A stretch of 64,000 bases of DNA from the human T2T-CHM13v2.0 reference genome, Homo sapiens: the NCBI RefSeq assembly GCF_009914755.1, contig NC_060929.1; one strand, 5' to 3'. The translations under genes were made by a program, and so were the position numbers. The first letter of the stretch is position 1. Every line of letters begins with the position of its first letter. Under the pieces are notes generated by a model. It saw nothing but the letters and a program-made list of their open reading frames with translations, searched no databases and was not told where the DNA came from. This document shows positions 1 through 11,678 of the stretch, piece by piece.

Positions 1-185
1 TTATCTTAACCCTAATTAGCTTAGTATTATCAAAAAAATTTCCCATTCATTATGTTGTGAGAGGGATTTTATACCATCTATGAAACTGCCTAGTGTGAAA
101 TCTTTATTCACGCTCCAGCCTTCATACTAGCTACCAAAACAATTGTTTAAAAGTGATTGTTTATTTTCCCCAGACAGAATATATA

Positions 186-266
186 CTAAGTTGAACCATA
201 TGAAATTACTGAATTTTACTGTTTTTTTAACCCATCAGATGGTAATTTCTGATGGTTCAGTGGTCA
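186..266. mobile_element. MADE2-like mariner-derived MITE (about 80 bp hairpin)
   Basis: Inverted termini TGAACCATATGAAATTAC / GTAATTTCTGATGGTTCA (16/18 complementary), flanked by TA at 184-185 and 267-268; resembles recalled MADE2 consensus. Confidence 0.75.
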
Positions 267-1784
267 TAGTTTCCCTTTTCAGTTACTGGACCACCCGTAG
301 AGTTCCTTTCACCCATATATATATATATACACCTGTTTTGGGAAATTGTGGATTTTACCAACACCAAAAATTGACTAATTGGGTTGTATACACTCAGTAT
401 AGCAGAACTAATTCTGCTTAATCTTGGTACCATTATTTCATTACCAATTATACAACAGATGGTCTGAAATTCCCAAATGTTGCCTTTTACTAAGAGTCTG
501 CGCTTTGGGGAAATAGTTCTGAATTACACAGCTCTGAAATCCATTACTTTTGGATGCAGAGTACAATGAACTTACAGCAAGACTATGGCTTGCAATGTTT
601 TTCATTGTGGGATTTAATGTAAATTATCTGGATTTTAGAAAAGGAATTCTAAGTATTTCCATGTTTTCATAGGAAAAAAATGGACTTATTTTAAATCTAA
701 ATCTCCCTTCACATCCTCCAAAAAAAATCATGCTGATTGTCAGGAAAAGAAAATTCACTCATAACCTATACCTTTAATGTAGCTAGGAAATAGATTTTAA
801 ATTACCTACCAATAGGAAAATAAACACTTGAGACAAGCAAAATTGTATCTAGAGCCTACACCCAATGGGAGACAAGCAGAGATGAGGGCAAGATGGGAAT
901 ATAGATGAGGGATGTAGGGTAGGGAGAATGGGGATGGTAAAATACAGATAAAATTGCTCAAACCAAGTGCCACTCAGAGCAAGAAAATACTGAGAGTTAG
1001 TTTGAGCTCTTGTAGGTGACTGATGGGGAATTGAAAGACAGGAACTTGAAAATCAATGGAGCCCAAGGCAAGAGTTTCAGAATGGCACCACTTCCAAGTA
1101 AATAGAAGTGTCAAGAAGATTGCGCCCTTGGTGCCTTAGAGGTAAAAGAAGAAAAAGGAAGCAAAAGGGGGAAATGAATATTCCTGTTAAAACAAAAAGA
1201 GGGTCACAAAATCAGAAGACACCAAGTTTTTCCCAACCAAACAAGTACATTGGTTAAAGAAACTATAATATTTCACCATATCAAGTGAAATACCCTTGAA
1301 CAAAAAAACCTAGTTATCTTCCTCAAATTCTCAAAGGTTAATAATAATTATATTAGCACATAAAAAATCAAAGCAAAAATATGACAGATGACAGTCACAT
1401 AAAGTTATTATAAGAATAAAGTAGAAATTTAGAAGCCTAACATTTTATTTCAGCTGATGAAAATTCTGCCCCTAATAAATACCATTCATGCAGCAGAAAA
1501 AATCCCTAACACAACCTAATCTGAATTAACCTCAAACAACCATTTGCAAATATTAGGGGAGAAAAAACACCATAAATTAGAAATTCAAAAATTTAGAACA
1601 GGAACAGAATGGGGAAGCGATGGGAAACAAGAGTCAACCAAACGGGGAGAAAAAATACATGAAAAACACAGTAATCTTTTAAATTGTAAGATGCCTAAGG
1701 ATAGATTTGCCTAAAAGTTTAATAAAGGAACTGGAAGAAAGGTATATAACAGCTAAGAAATAAATACAAATCAAAGACAGAGAA

Positions 1785-2010
1785 AGGTAAAATGTGCATA
1801 CAACGAAATGCACAAAATCATAATTGTTCAATGAGTTTAGACAAATGTATCTGTATAATGCAAATGCCTATTAAAATACAGAACGTTACCTTAATCTTTA
1901 AAGTTCTCTCATGTCCTTTGCCAGTCAATCCCTGTCCCCAACTTCCAGAAGCAATAAATGTTACGATTTTCACCATAGGTTATTGTAGTCTTTTCTAGAA
2001 ATTCATATTA
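1785..2010 (-). mobile_element. Old L1M (L1MB/L1ME-type) 3'UTR fragment
   Basis: aaatgcacaaatc...caatgagtttagacaaatgtat...ccagtcaatccc...tctagaaattcatat resembles antisense L1M 3' end. Confidence 0.6.
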
Positions 2011-2334
2011 TATATATTTATTATATAAAAGTTTCAGAATATAGAGATGATGCTTTGTGTATATGCTACTAAATGATGTTATTTTAGAATATGTGAATAT
2101 TCATATCAGTTCAAGCACTGTCAAAGCATTTCCCAGAGAAAACCTGACCTAAGAAATTAGAGATGACATAGTATAATTAAAAAATTGTGGAATATGGAAT
2201 AAAAAGATGTATGGAGTAAAAGAATAAGCATTATCAGGTGAGGTGAAAATTTTTTGTCTCAGAGGATCTTAAGTAGTGTTAAAGAAAAGACAAAAGAAAA
2301 AAATTGACAAATAAAGATTAAAAGAATGATGAAG

Positions 2335-2445
2335 TATCCTTGAAGGCAACTGTGACATATTTACATTTTGTGTCTGTTACCTAACACAGTTTCTGGGAAA
2401 CAGTAAATACTTGCTAAGTGTCTGTGGAAGCGAATTCAATGGACG
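2335..2445 (+). mobile_element. L2 3' terminal fragment
   Basis: ccttgaaggca...cctaacacagtttctgg...cagtaaatacttgctaagtgtctgtggaa resembles the L2 tail. Confidence 0.55.
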
Positions 2446-3700
2446 AGCATGCCAACCAAAGGGGAGATTATGAACACAGTTCAAGATAAGAAAATAGCTA
2501 AGATTTGTGAAGTATGAAGAAGTCCTTGGCTTATTGAGTACCCTCGAGGAGACTTGGTAGACATGTGTGTGGCAAAGAAGAAAGGTCCTGGGTGGGAGTG
2601 GGATGGGTGAGTTGTTTATGTGACAACTTAAGGTCTAGAAGTGATGGTGGGATACAGCCCTTTACAATTTTTAGCATATGAATGACAAGAGCAATATTAT
2701 ATTTGCAACTACCTGCCTGATGACCTGGGAAGAAGAGAAGCTGTGGAGAAGAATAACCAGAAACAAGTAATCTGAGAATGGGAATATGAAGGTTCAATCA
2801 GGTTTAGAACATTATTCAGTTTAAGAGATATTTGAAAATAAAATGCAGAAAAATCATGTGTCCTGTTGTCCCTAATTGTCCTGTTTCAGCAATGGGCTTC
2901 TTACACTTGTGCACTTCATTAGATTCTTTAGGAATTCTATTATATTGTGTACATGTGCAAAATACAACACTGGATTTTTATATAGTGACTCAGTAAAAGA
3001 AATGAGAGTAGAAAATTCTTCACGGGGCCAGCCAATGTGAAAAGTGCTTTCACTACTCTATTTCCATAGTTAATTTAGTTCTGGTCTTAAAATCTAAATG
3101 CCTCTGTATTCTAAGACCTGTGGTAGTCTTGTGATGTCTTGAATACTTCGCACTTTCTCTGACATTATAAAATAACTTTATAGTGCAGTTAATCAAATGA
3201 CAGTAAAAAAAGTACTCTACAGAGAGCTCATTTTAATATTTAATAAGATGAATGCTGATCTCTAAAGTTGAAGGCAGCCCCATTTACATAGGTACATAGG
3301 ATGTCAGTACTCCATCAATGCAGTAACTGTCAGTCCAGAAACTCTATGTGCTCTTCCCAAGGAGTTGTTTGACAAAGACATATATTCATTTCACTCAATA
3401 TCTATTTAACTCCTATGTTTAAGGTACTGTAGTGGCCTTTGAGAGAAACACTAAGAGAAGTACGTATTCCCCATCTTTCAGGAGTGCAGAAACTCAGGAA
3501 AATATAGATGCTTATGCACATAAATTGAGTACAAATTAAGATGCCGTAAGTACTGGAAAAGAGGCTGAAAAAGGGTAATGGGAGGAATGGGGTCAGCGGC
3601 TGGAAGCCTAGTGTATCTGAAACAATATTTTGGAATTCATGTCTTAAGGCATGTGAAGAATCTGAGCTCATAGATACGGAAAAGGGTTGGTTATACAAAG

Positions 3701-3709
3701 TATATATAC

Positions 3710-3772
<63 letters not shown>
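3701..3772. repeat. (TA)n(GA)n compound microsatellite at the tail position of an antisense Alu remnant
   Basis: Read directly from the sequence. Confidence 0.95.
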
Positions 3773-3778
<6 letters not shown>

Positions 3779-3838
3779 CTCTGTTGCCCAGGCTGGAGTG
3801 CAGTGGCATGATCTTAGCATGCATCACCGTGCCCAGTT
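3768..3838 (-). mobile_element. Internally deleted Alu remnant
   Basis: gagttttgctctgttgcccaggctggagtgcagtggcatgatcttagc joined to atgcatcaccgtgcccag. Confidence 0.85.
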
Positions 3839-4286
3839 GAGGTTGCAGTGGAAATGAAGGCTTTATTGAGAAGTTAATATTTAAGCAAAAACTTGAGAAA
3901 TCTGAGAAAAGAGTGTTTCTAAGGCAGAGTTTTGTCTATCAGGCTTAAAGAATAGTAAAACAGTCAGAGTAGCTAGAGTATACCAATGAGATACAGCCTA
4001 GTAAGAGATAAGTCACTGGGGGCTGGATAAAGTTGAGCCTTGTAAGCCTTTGTAAGGACCTTGTCTTTTACTCTGAATGAGAAGGGGAATTAGTGGAGAC
4101 TTTAGAGGAAAGGAAGGACAGATCTTAAAACTTGCAATCTAACTTAAATTTTAAAAGGTTCATTGTGGCTGCTACATTGAGAACCCAAGACAGTAGGAAG
4201 CAAGATTGAAATCAGAAGACAAAGGAGAAGCATATTCAGTATTCAGACAAAGGATAATGGGCTCTTGAACCAACATGGATTTATTT

Positions 4287-4368
4287 TGTATTAGCCTGGG
4301 TTCTCTAGAGAAACACACCCGATAGGAGATAGACATCTACATCTATCTATCATCTATCTATCTATCTG

Positions 4369-4419
<51 letters not shown>

Positions 4420-4844
4420 GGAGAGGAATGGGGAGACTGACCATAAGGCATCGGCTCATGTGATTATGGAAGTTGAGAATTTCAAGATCTGAAGTTGGCA
4501 AGCTGATGGTATAATTCCAGTCTAAGTCTGAAGGCCTGAGAACCAGGAAAGCTGATGGTGAAGTTTCAGTTCAAGTCCAAATCTAAAAGCAGAAGAGTGA
4601 CATCTTAGCTCAAAAACAGGCAGAAAGAAAGAATTCTATCGTAGCCTATTATTCTATTCAGGCCTACAGCAGGCTGGATGAGTTCCACTCATGTTGGGGA
4701 GAAAATATGCTTTACTTAGTCTACTGATTCAAATGTTAATCTCTTCCAGAAACACCCTCACAGACATACCCAGGAATCATGTTTAACCAAATATCTGGGC
4801 ACTACATGGACTAGTCAAGTTGATGCATAAATTTAGCCATTAGA
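4287..4844 (-). mobile_element. MLT2 (ERVL) solo LTR, MLT2B/D-like
   Basis: tgtattagcctgggttctctagagaaac...ccagaaacaccctcacagacatacccagg...gtcaagttgatgcataaatttagccat; 5-bp TSD TATTT at 4282-4286 and 4845-4849. Confidence 0.9.
4341..4420. repeat. (TCTA)n tetranucleotide STR with uninterrupted (TCTA)12 at 4369-4416
   Basis: Read directly; lies inside the MLT2 LTR. Confidence 0.95.
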
Positions 4845-4944
4845 TATTTTGAAGGTAGAGCTAATAGGATTTCCTGACAAGAATTTCCTGGCACATTGGT
4901 TGTTAAAGGAGTAGGAGAATGAGAGAAGTCAAGGATCCTTCTCT

Positions 4945-5075
4945 CTATTTTTACATAACAACAAACTGTATCTAAGAGAGTGTCCAGATATGCTCAAGGA
5001 CATGGTACCTATTAAATGACACAAGGGGATTTGAACTCAGGCCTGGTTCATGCCACATAAGCTCTTAATCTCCCC
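4945..5075 (-). mobile_element. MIR fragment
   Basis: tttacataacaacaaactg...tgctcaagggacat...ggatttgaactcagg resembles antisense MIR core. Confidence 0.5.
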
Positions 5076-5975
5076 AATAGGTTCTCTCACACTGGGTGGG
5101 AAAGAAGGCAGAGGTTGCTGTAGAATCAATAATTCCCCTAAATGATGTTTACAACATTATTTTGTAAACAGTTTCTCTTATTTGCGTGTCTTCACCTTCC
5201 AAATATCCCTTATTTCTCTATGTGTCTGCCTTCTAAATTATTTAAATTTTCCCTCTATTCAGTTTTCAAGTTATCATTTAGCACCTGGATCCTTATCAAG
5301 GCTAAGATAAATGCTCTTGTTTGGAGCCAAACCTATGCCAGAAATATAATTATGAGAAAAAAAAATGAACCATTAAAAGAGGCTCTGTCAAAAGACTTAC
5401 ACAGCAAAAAGCTTCTTTTTTTTTTTAATTTTTGATGTGGAAATTAGTATATGCTTACCATCCATAAGCATATTGTTTGTATGTGAATTAAATTCACAAT
5501 GCCTACAAATACTTTATACTATTATTAAGAGGTGGGAAATGATAACTAGTTATGCTTCAGATATTTCTTCCCAGATGTCAAACTAAATTACAGGTGAGAA
5601 AAAACCAAACACCATGTGAAATACCACAACGATATGCACAAAGTACAGTCACCATTTACCCCAACTTTTTGAGGATAGGAATTTTATGGGAGATAAGAAT
5701 TATTTTTATTATTTTCATCAGGAAGATAAAATGTTCCTCTCCCTGCTATGTTAAGATTTTGAAGACAGACCCCTGTGGCTTGGTGTTGATGAGCTAAATT
5801 GAAGAAAAAAAAAAAGACTGAAGCCATGGATAAAGTTCATGTTATTTTATATTGTGTTCTGTTAGGCTTTCTGTCCACAGAAGGAGAAATGTTTAGAACA
5901 TGATGCCCTGGTTCCTCAAGAGACTCTCAGATTCCCCTTGAAAACTGGATTAGAATTTACATTCAGAAAGATTTT

Positions 5976-6306
<331 letters not shown>

Positions 6307-6689
6307 TTAGATCTTCATTTAATTTCTCTTAATTAAGTAATAACATAACCTCAGTTTAAGAGCTTTACTTTACCCTTTAAAGGGAAAAATTTGAAGTTGC
6401 TTTGGGTCTTTTAAATTCGAAGTCTAATTTACAGTCAGTTTGAATGACAACTGCTGGAAATCATCACTAGAGAAAAGTACGATGAAGGTGACAGCAGAAG
6501 CCAAGCCCAGAGAGGTGTTTGTCCCCCTAAGGCACATTCTGGGCCAGGTCCATGTAGTTAAATTACTTTATTATACCAAGATTGAGTCAGACTTGAAGGA
6601 GTTGGAGTCCCCAGCTTCTTATAGAAACTATGACTTGTACAGAATTTATTCTGAGGAAGCCCTTTTTTCTCAATACTTACTATTGCTTT

Positions 6690-7265
6690 GAGCCTCCCTC
6701 ACATTTGAACGTATGAGACCCTTGTTAGATGCATTCATATTGACATATAGACACTTAGACACCAGGTAACAAGGCCTCTGCTATGTTTTGAATTTCCCCT
6801 CCAAAACTCATGTTGAAATTTAATTGCTATTGTGATGGCATTAAGAGGTGCCACATTGGGGATCAAATTTCAACATGAAGTTTGGAGGGGGAAAACATCT
6901 AAACCATAACACATTTCAAAACAGGATGAAACTCCAGAACCTGAAGACCTCTCTAGGTAGGTAGGTTTTAAAAGTTGAGATATGTATGGGCTATCTGGCT
7001 CCCGGAGAGATTTTATTTACCTATCAAAGGGTTGAAGTCAAGAGATCCTTTTAGAAGGGAAAGGTGACAGCTGCCTCCTTCCTCTTTATAAGCAGGGAAA
7101 AATAATTTTTCCTTGGCCATTTATGTAGGTCAATTGACCTGGCTTTTACTATGCTGCCATAAGGGTTAGGACTTGGGCAAAGGGGGCCCAATGCACTTCT
7201 TTACTGTGAGGAATTAGTACTAGGAAACCTGTCTCTGACCCAGAACACCTTGTATGTGTATTCAG
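6690..7265 (+). mobile_element. Possible old ERVL-type LTR (MER74/MER89-like) hosting the MST hairpin
   Basis: TATA-like ctttataagc and terminal aaacctgtctctgacccag motif; weak recall only. Confidence 0.3.
6779..6911. mobile_element. Two MST-type MaLR LTR 5' ends fused in inverted orientation
   Basis: tgctatgttttgaat..cccctccaaaactcatgttgaaattt (+) joined to aaatttcaacatgaagtttggagggg..aaaccataaca (-). Confidence 0.85.
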
Positions 7266-7299
7266 GATGAAATGAAGAAAGAGAAGCATTTAATATGTA

Positions 7300-7650
7300 A
7301 CAATAATGAAATAAAGTAATCCCAAAGTCAAGGTGGTTTAACAAAACCAAGGTTTATTCTACATGATAATTAGTCATCAAGCTGGGTGGGGTAGTAGAGG
7401 TCTGCTTCTTGTTTAAGGACTCAGGATGACAGAGGTTTAGTCCTCTCGTGATACCATCACAATAATAGAAATTCTTAGGCTCACTGTGTCAGGGGAAAAG
7501 AGTACAAGGGAAGTAGTGGAGAAGAAACCTGCTTGTAGGCTTCTACTAGAAGAGTGTGCCACTTCTGCCCAAACATCAGCCAGGACTAGTCACACTGCCG
7601 TGCTTAACAACAACAAGATTTGAAAATGCTGGGGAGCATGTGGAAATGTA
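7300..7650 (-). mobile_element. Old MLT1 (J/K/L-like) LTR
   Basis: gtggtttaacaaaaccaaggtttattct...ggactcaggatgacagagg...cacttctgccca...ggactagtcacactgcc. Confidence 0.6.
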
Positions 7651-7875
7651 ATATATGGTAATTATCATCGGTATACTTTTGCTTCTGTTCACATCATTCC
7701 AATAGCTGCAACTTTCTGGTTTTTCTACTACCAACACCTTAAAACACAACAAAATTTTCTCTCCCTGTCAAGCCATGCTTACACATTTGGAATATAGACA
7801 ATTGCCATGGGTTATTATTGAAGGATTGCCATTGAATTAAAAGAAAAAGTTGTTGATCATGAAATCCAGGGATGA

Positions 7876-8233
7876 TGTATTAATCCATTCGGGATGCTAT
7901 AACAAAATACCTTAGACTAGATGATTTATAAACAATGGACATTTATTGCTTACAGCTCTGGAGTCTGGGAAGTCCAGGATCAAGGTACCAGAAGATTTAG
8001 TGTCTTTTGAGGGTTTGTTCCTCATAGATGGCCTGTCTTATGTGTTCTTACATGGCAGAAGGGGCAAACAGGCTCCCTCAGGCCTCTTGTATAAGGTCAG
8101 GAATCTCATTCATGCGGGCAGAGTCCTCATGACCTAATCATCTCCCAAACACCTCACCTCTTAATACCAATATCATGAGGTTTATGTTTCAACATATGAA
8201 TTTGGGGAAAACACAAACATTCAGACCATAGCA
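7876..8233 (-). mobile_element. MLT1A/MLT1A0 solo LTR
   Basis: tgtattaatccattcgggatgctataacaaaatacc...gggaagtccaggatcaagg...cacaaacattcagaccatagca; TG..CA ends. Confidence 0.9.
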
Positions 8234-8256
8234 AATGGTTTAAAAGTTTTGTTCCT

Positions 8257-8579
<323 letters not shown>

Positions 8580-8932
8580 CTATCATGTGCTGCTTGTTCT
8601 CTAGCCAACGTGAATATAATTTTGCCTTCTCTCTGTTACTTCTATGAGGGTTGACTGTAAACTGGCTCCAGTGGCTATTTTTGTGAAAATAGTTCTGACA
8701 GAGGAAAAGCACAACAGAATTCTGGTTGCTAGGCCAAATAATCACGGCTAATATGATTTGTAGTTATTTGATTTTTTTTCTCAGTATAATTTAGAAGCTA
8801 TATCGTAAGATCTATTCTTTCTACAGTGAGAAAGAATTAAAAGTTCAGAAATGTCATTTGAGGCTACTGAGAATACTCAAAGGAAAGCTCAGTGCTCACT
8901 CTTATTGGGTATTTGTAATATGCTTATTTGTG

Positions 8933-9578
8933 CACTTAATTCTCATTATTCACAGTATTTATGTTCTACAAAGTTGTGGCAGACACTGAATTAATAAATA
9001 CTGAATTATTGCTCATAGGGGAAATACAAGGTTAGGTTTCTGCAAGCCCCATTCACAACATTTTTTTTCCCAATGGATCCATACATAAACATGTTTTTGT
9101 GTTTCTGTTTAAAGACATTTTATTTAATGTATATCATTGATTCATTAACATTGAACTCATAGCCATCAGCACTATAACTCATGCCTAAACAAAGCTTATT
9201 TAACACATGTACTTCTGTAAGATATATCACAGCCTTCTTGCACTTAGCAACACTAGGCAGTATTTCTGCACTGAGCTTGGGGGCCATTTAAATAACAAAA
9301 TTACCAACAGAAAGCACAAAAATGCAAAATACGTGTCACTAAATAGATTGCAGAAAGAATATTTGTTTACAGTATCAGATTTGAAACAAGAAGGCAAAGC
9401 ACCATTTTGTTCCTCAACTGGGAACGTGCACATAATTACATTCAAAGTTTTTGCCACTTTGCTCATGTCCATGAATGACTGCAAAAGTGCAGTAACTGTT
9501 GATTTTGGAGTTACAAATAAATTTTTGTGAGTAGGCAAATTCACAATTGCAGAATCTTTGAATAAAGAGAATCAACTG
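8933..9578 (+). mobile_element. MER82-like TcMar-Tigger non-autonomous DNA transposon
   Basis: TIRs cacttaattctcattattca / tgaataaagagaatcaactg, TA at right end; about 650 bp body matches recalled MER82. Confidence 0.85.
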
Positions 9579-10157
9579 TATTTGCAAGGAGACTGAAAAA
9601 TGAAATAAACACCACATCACTGGATGCTGGCCATGCTTTGCCCTCTCACTGAAGTTACTTAAGAAAAAAAACTGGACAACTTTGGTGGGAAATTTTGTGG
9701 AATGGATTAAAACATGGGAGAAACTTGGGGACTAGATGATTTTTAAAGTCCCTACAAACAATGAGCTTTTATGACTTTATTTTGCACAGATTATACACCA
9801 GAATATCAAACCTATTAATAGAAGAGGGCTTTGACCTTAGATTTTTAAAATTAATAATTAGCTAAGGTTTTAAGTTTCTATAAAATCATAATTTTTTATG
9901 TAATAAATACCTTTTTCTGGCAGTGTCCCAGACATTGTTTTGATTTTCAAAACACTAAAAAAAGTTATAAGATAATAGGAGACTTATCACACACACACAA
10001 CTCCTATAGAATATACACTAAAGCACTTATGCTCAAATTTACATAATTAAATTGATATATACTTTCCAGTAAGTTTCCTTGGAGAACTAAGCTAATTATC
10101 TTTTTGTGGTACTACCACCATCACGGTCTCAAAACATTTTTCTTTTTTGAACTTCTT

Positions 10158-10189
10158 TCTTTAAGATATTTCAGAGTCTATTTCTAAAT

Positions 10190-10221
<32 letters not shown>

Positions 10222-10261
10222 AATTTGATCTCTTTAAGTTATTTCAGAGTCTATTTCTAAA

Positions 10262-10312
<51 letters not shown>

Positions 10313-10323
10313 AATTTGGTCTC
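10158..10323. repeat. Tandem duplication of a unit containing a (CA)n microsatellite
   Basis: Two copies of tctttaag(a/t)tatttcagagtctatttctaaat(CA)nCgcaaatttg(a/g)tc with n=14 and n=23. Confidence 0.95.
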
Positions 10324-10597
10324 CCTACTTTACATTACCTTTATTTGAACTCAACCTGGTACTATGCAGTTTTTTTCTTGTAGAGTCTTCATGAACTCCT
10401 AAAATTCAAATCTGCTGCTACTTATGTTGAAGACTTGCCTCATTTACAAACTATTCAAAACACAGTTCTCATTGTGTTCAATGAGGACAGCAATTATGAC
10501 TTTGTGCCTATAACTTCAACCTCATCCTCTTATACACTGCTTACTATAGAGCAGGTAATAAGTATCTGTTAAACAGCAACAACAAAAAAATGAAAGG

Positions 10598-10900
10598 GGC
10601 CAGGTGTGGTGGCTCATGCCTGTTATCCTAGCACTTTGAGAGGCTGAGGAGGGTGGATTGCTTGAGGTCAGGAGTTCAAGACCAGCCCTGGCAACATGGC
10701 AAAACCCTCAAAAAAATTAACTGGTCATGGTGGTGCGTGCCTGTAGCCCCAGGCACATGGGGGAGCTGAGGCAGGAGGATACCTTGAGCCCAGGAGATCG
10801 AGGCTACAGTGAGCTGAGATTGTGCCACTGCACTCTAGCCTGCGTGACAAAGTGAGAGACCCTGTCTCAGAAAAAATAAAATAAAATAAATAAATATAAG
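10598..10900 (+). mobile_element. AluJ
   Basis: Dimeric Alu with ggattgcttgagg, ttgagcccaggag, gaccctgtctc (J diagnostics) and an A-rich tail. Confidence 0.9.
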
Positions 10901-11120
10901 AAAAAGAAGAAGCACAGAAACTGAACGTACACATGAGATGGATACAATTAAGTATAAAAAGCTGTCACCTGAGAGTGTATGTTCATCAAAAAGAATGATC
11001 TCTTTCCTCTATGGTGGTGGCAATTCCTTATTTGCCATTTTAAAACTATTTCTATTACTGTTATAAATATCATTATATAGAAAAAATTCTAAGTGTAACG
11101 CTTAGCCAGACATTTGTTAG

Positions 11121-11678
11121 TGTGGCAGATTGTATTTATCCACATTTGGACACAGCAATATATATCCCATGTCACATTCTTACAATGTGATATTGATAAC
11201 GCCTCCATTAAATGGTGCATCTATGTTCCCCCTTGAACCTGAGCAGAAATTTTTAACTCAATCCATCAATAATTGTGGTTAAAAAAAAAAGGTCATAAAA
11301 GATAATAAAGGTCTTAGCTTGCTCTCTTTCTCTCTTTGGGGGTCCGGAGTTAGCATGTAAGAAACCGGACTATCCTGAAGATTCCATGCTGGAGAAATCA
11401 CACAGATCACAGAGATGGAGCAAGAGGCCCAAGCAGCCCCAGATGTTTCAGTCCCAGCTGTTTGAATTTTTGCAGATGATATACCAGTAAGGTGAGTAAA
11501 GAAACTTAGGAGCTGACTCAGCCACAGCCACATGACTGCAACCTCATGAGACACCTTGAGCAAAAACTTTATGGCTGAGCTTCTCCTGAATTCTTGACCC
11601 ACAAAAACTGTGTATTAAATGATTATTGTTTTATTAAATTTTGAATTGATTTTGTACACAGCCATTATGAATGAAAGA
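11121..11678 (+). mobile_element. MLT1G/H-like MaLR LTR
   Basis: tgtggcagattg...ccatgctggagaaatcac...tgactgcaacctcatgagacaccttgagc...cctgaattcttgacccacaaaaactgtg. Confidence 0.8.

Larger units (their letters stand above)
3385..4940 (-). mobile_element. L2 fragment interrupted by Alu remnant and MLT2 LTR
   Basis: Antisense L2 motifs (ttcatttcactcaatatctattt; gtaaggaccttgtcttttactctgaatga; ttttaaaaggttcattgtggctgct); ggatttattt|tgaaggtagag rejoins across the LTR. Confidence 0.7.

Noticed and set aside
800-1785. Possible HAL1/L1 ORF1-like purine-rich remnant
   Set aside because: Only compositional resemblance; I could not anchor a diagnostic motif.
3402-3827. 141-aa minus-strand ORF with SL repeats
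   Set aside because: It translates the Alu remnant, the (GA)n/(TA)n repeat and L2 sequence.
9207-9620. Overlapping ORFs as a transposase
   Set aside because: They fall in a roughly 650-bp non-autonomous MER82-like element and show no DDE or HTH motifs.
10158-10323. CRISPR-like repeat-spacer array
   Set aside because: Only two units, the spacer is (CA)n, and the context is a primate genome.
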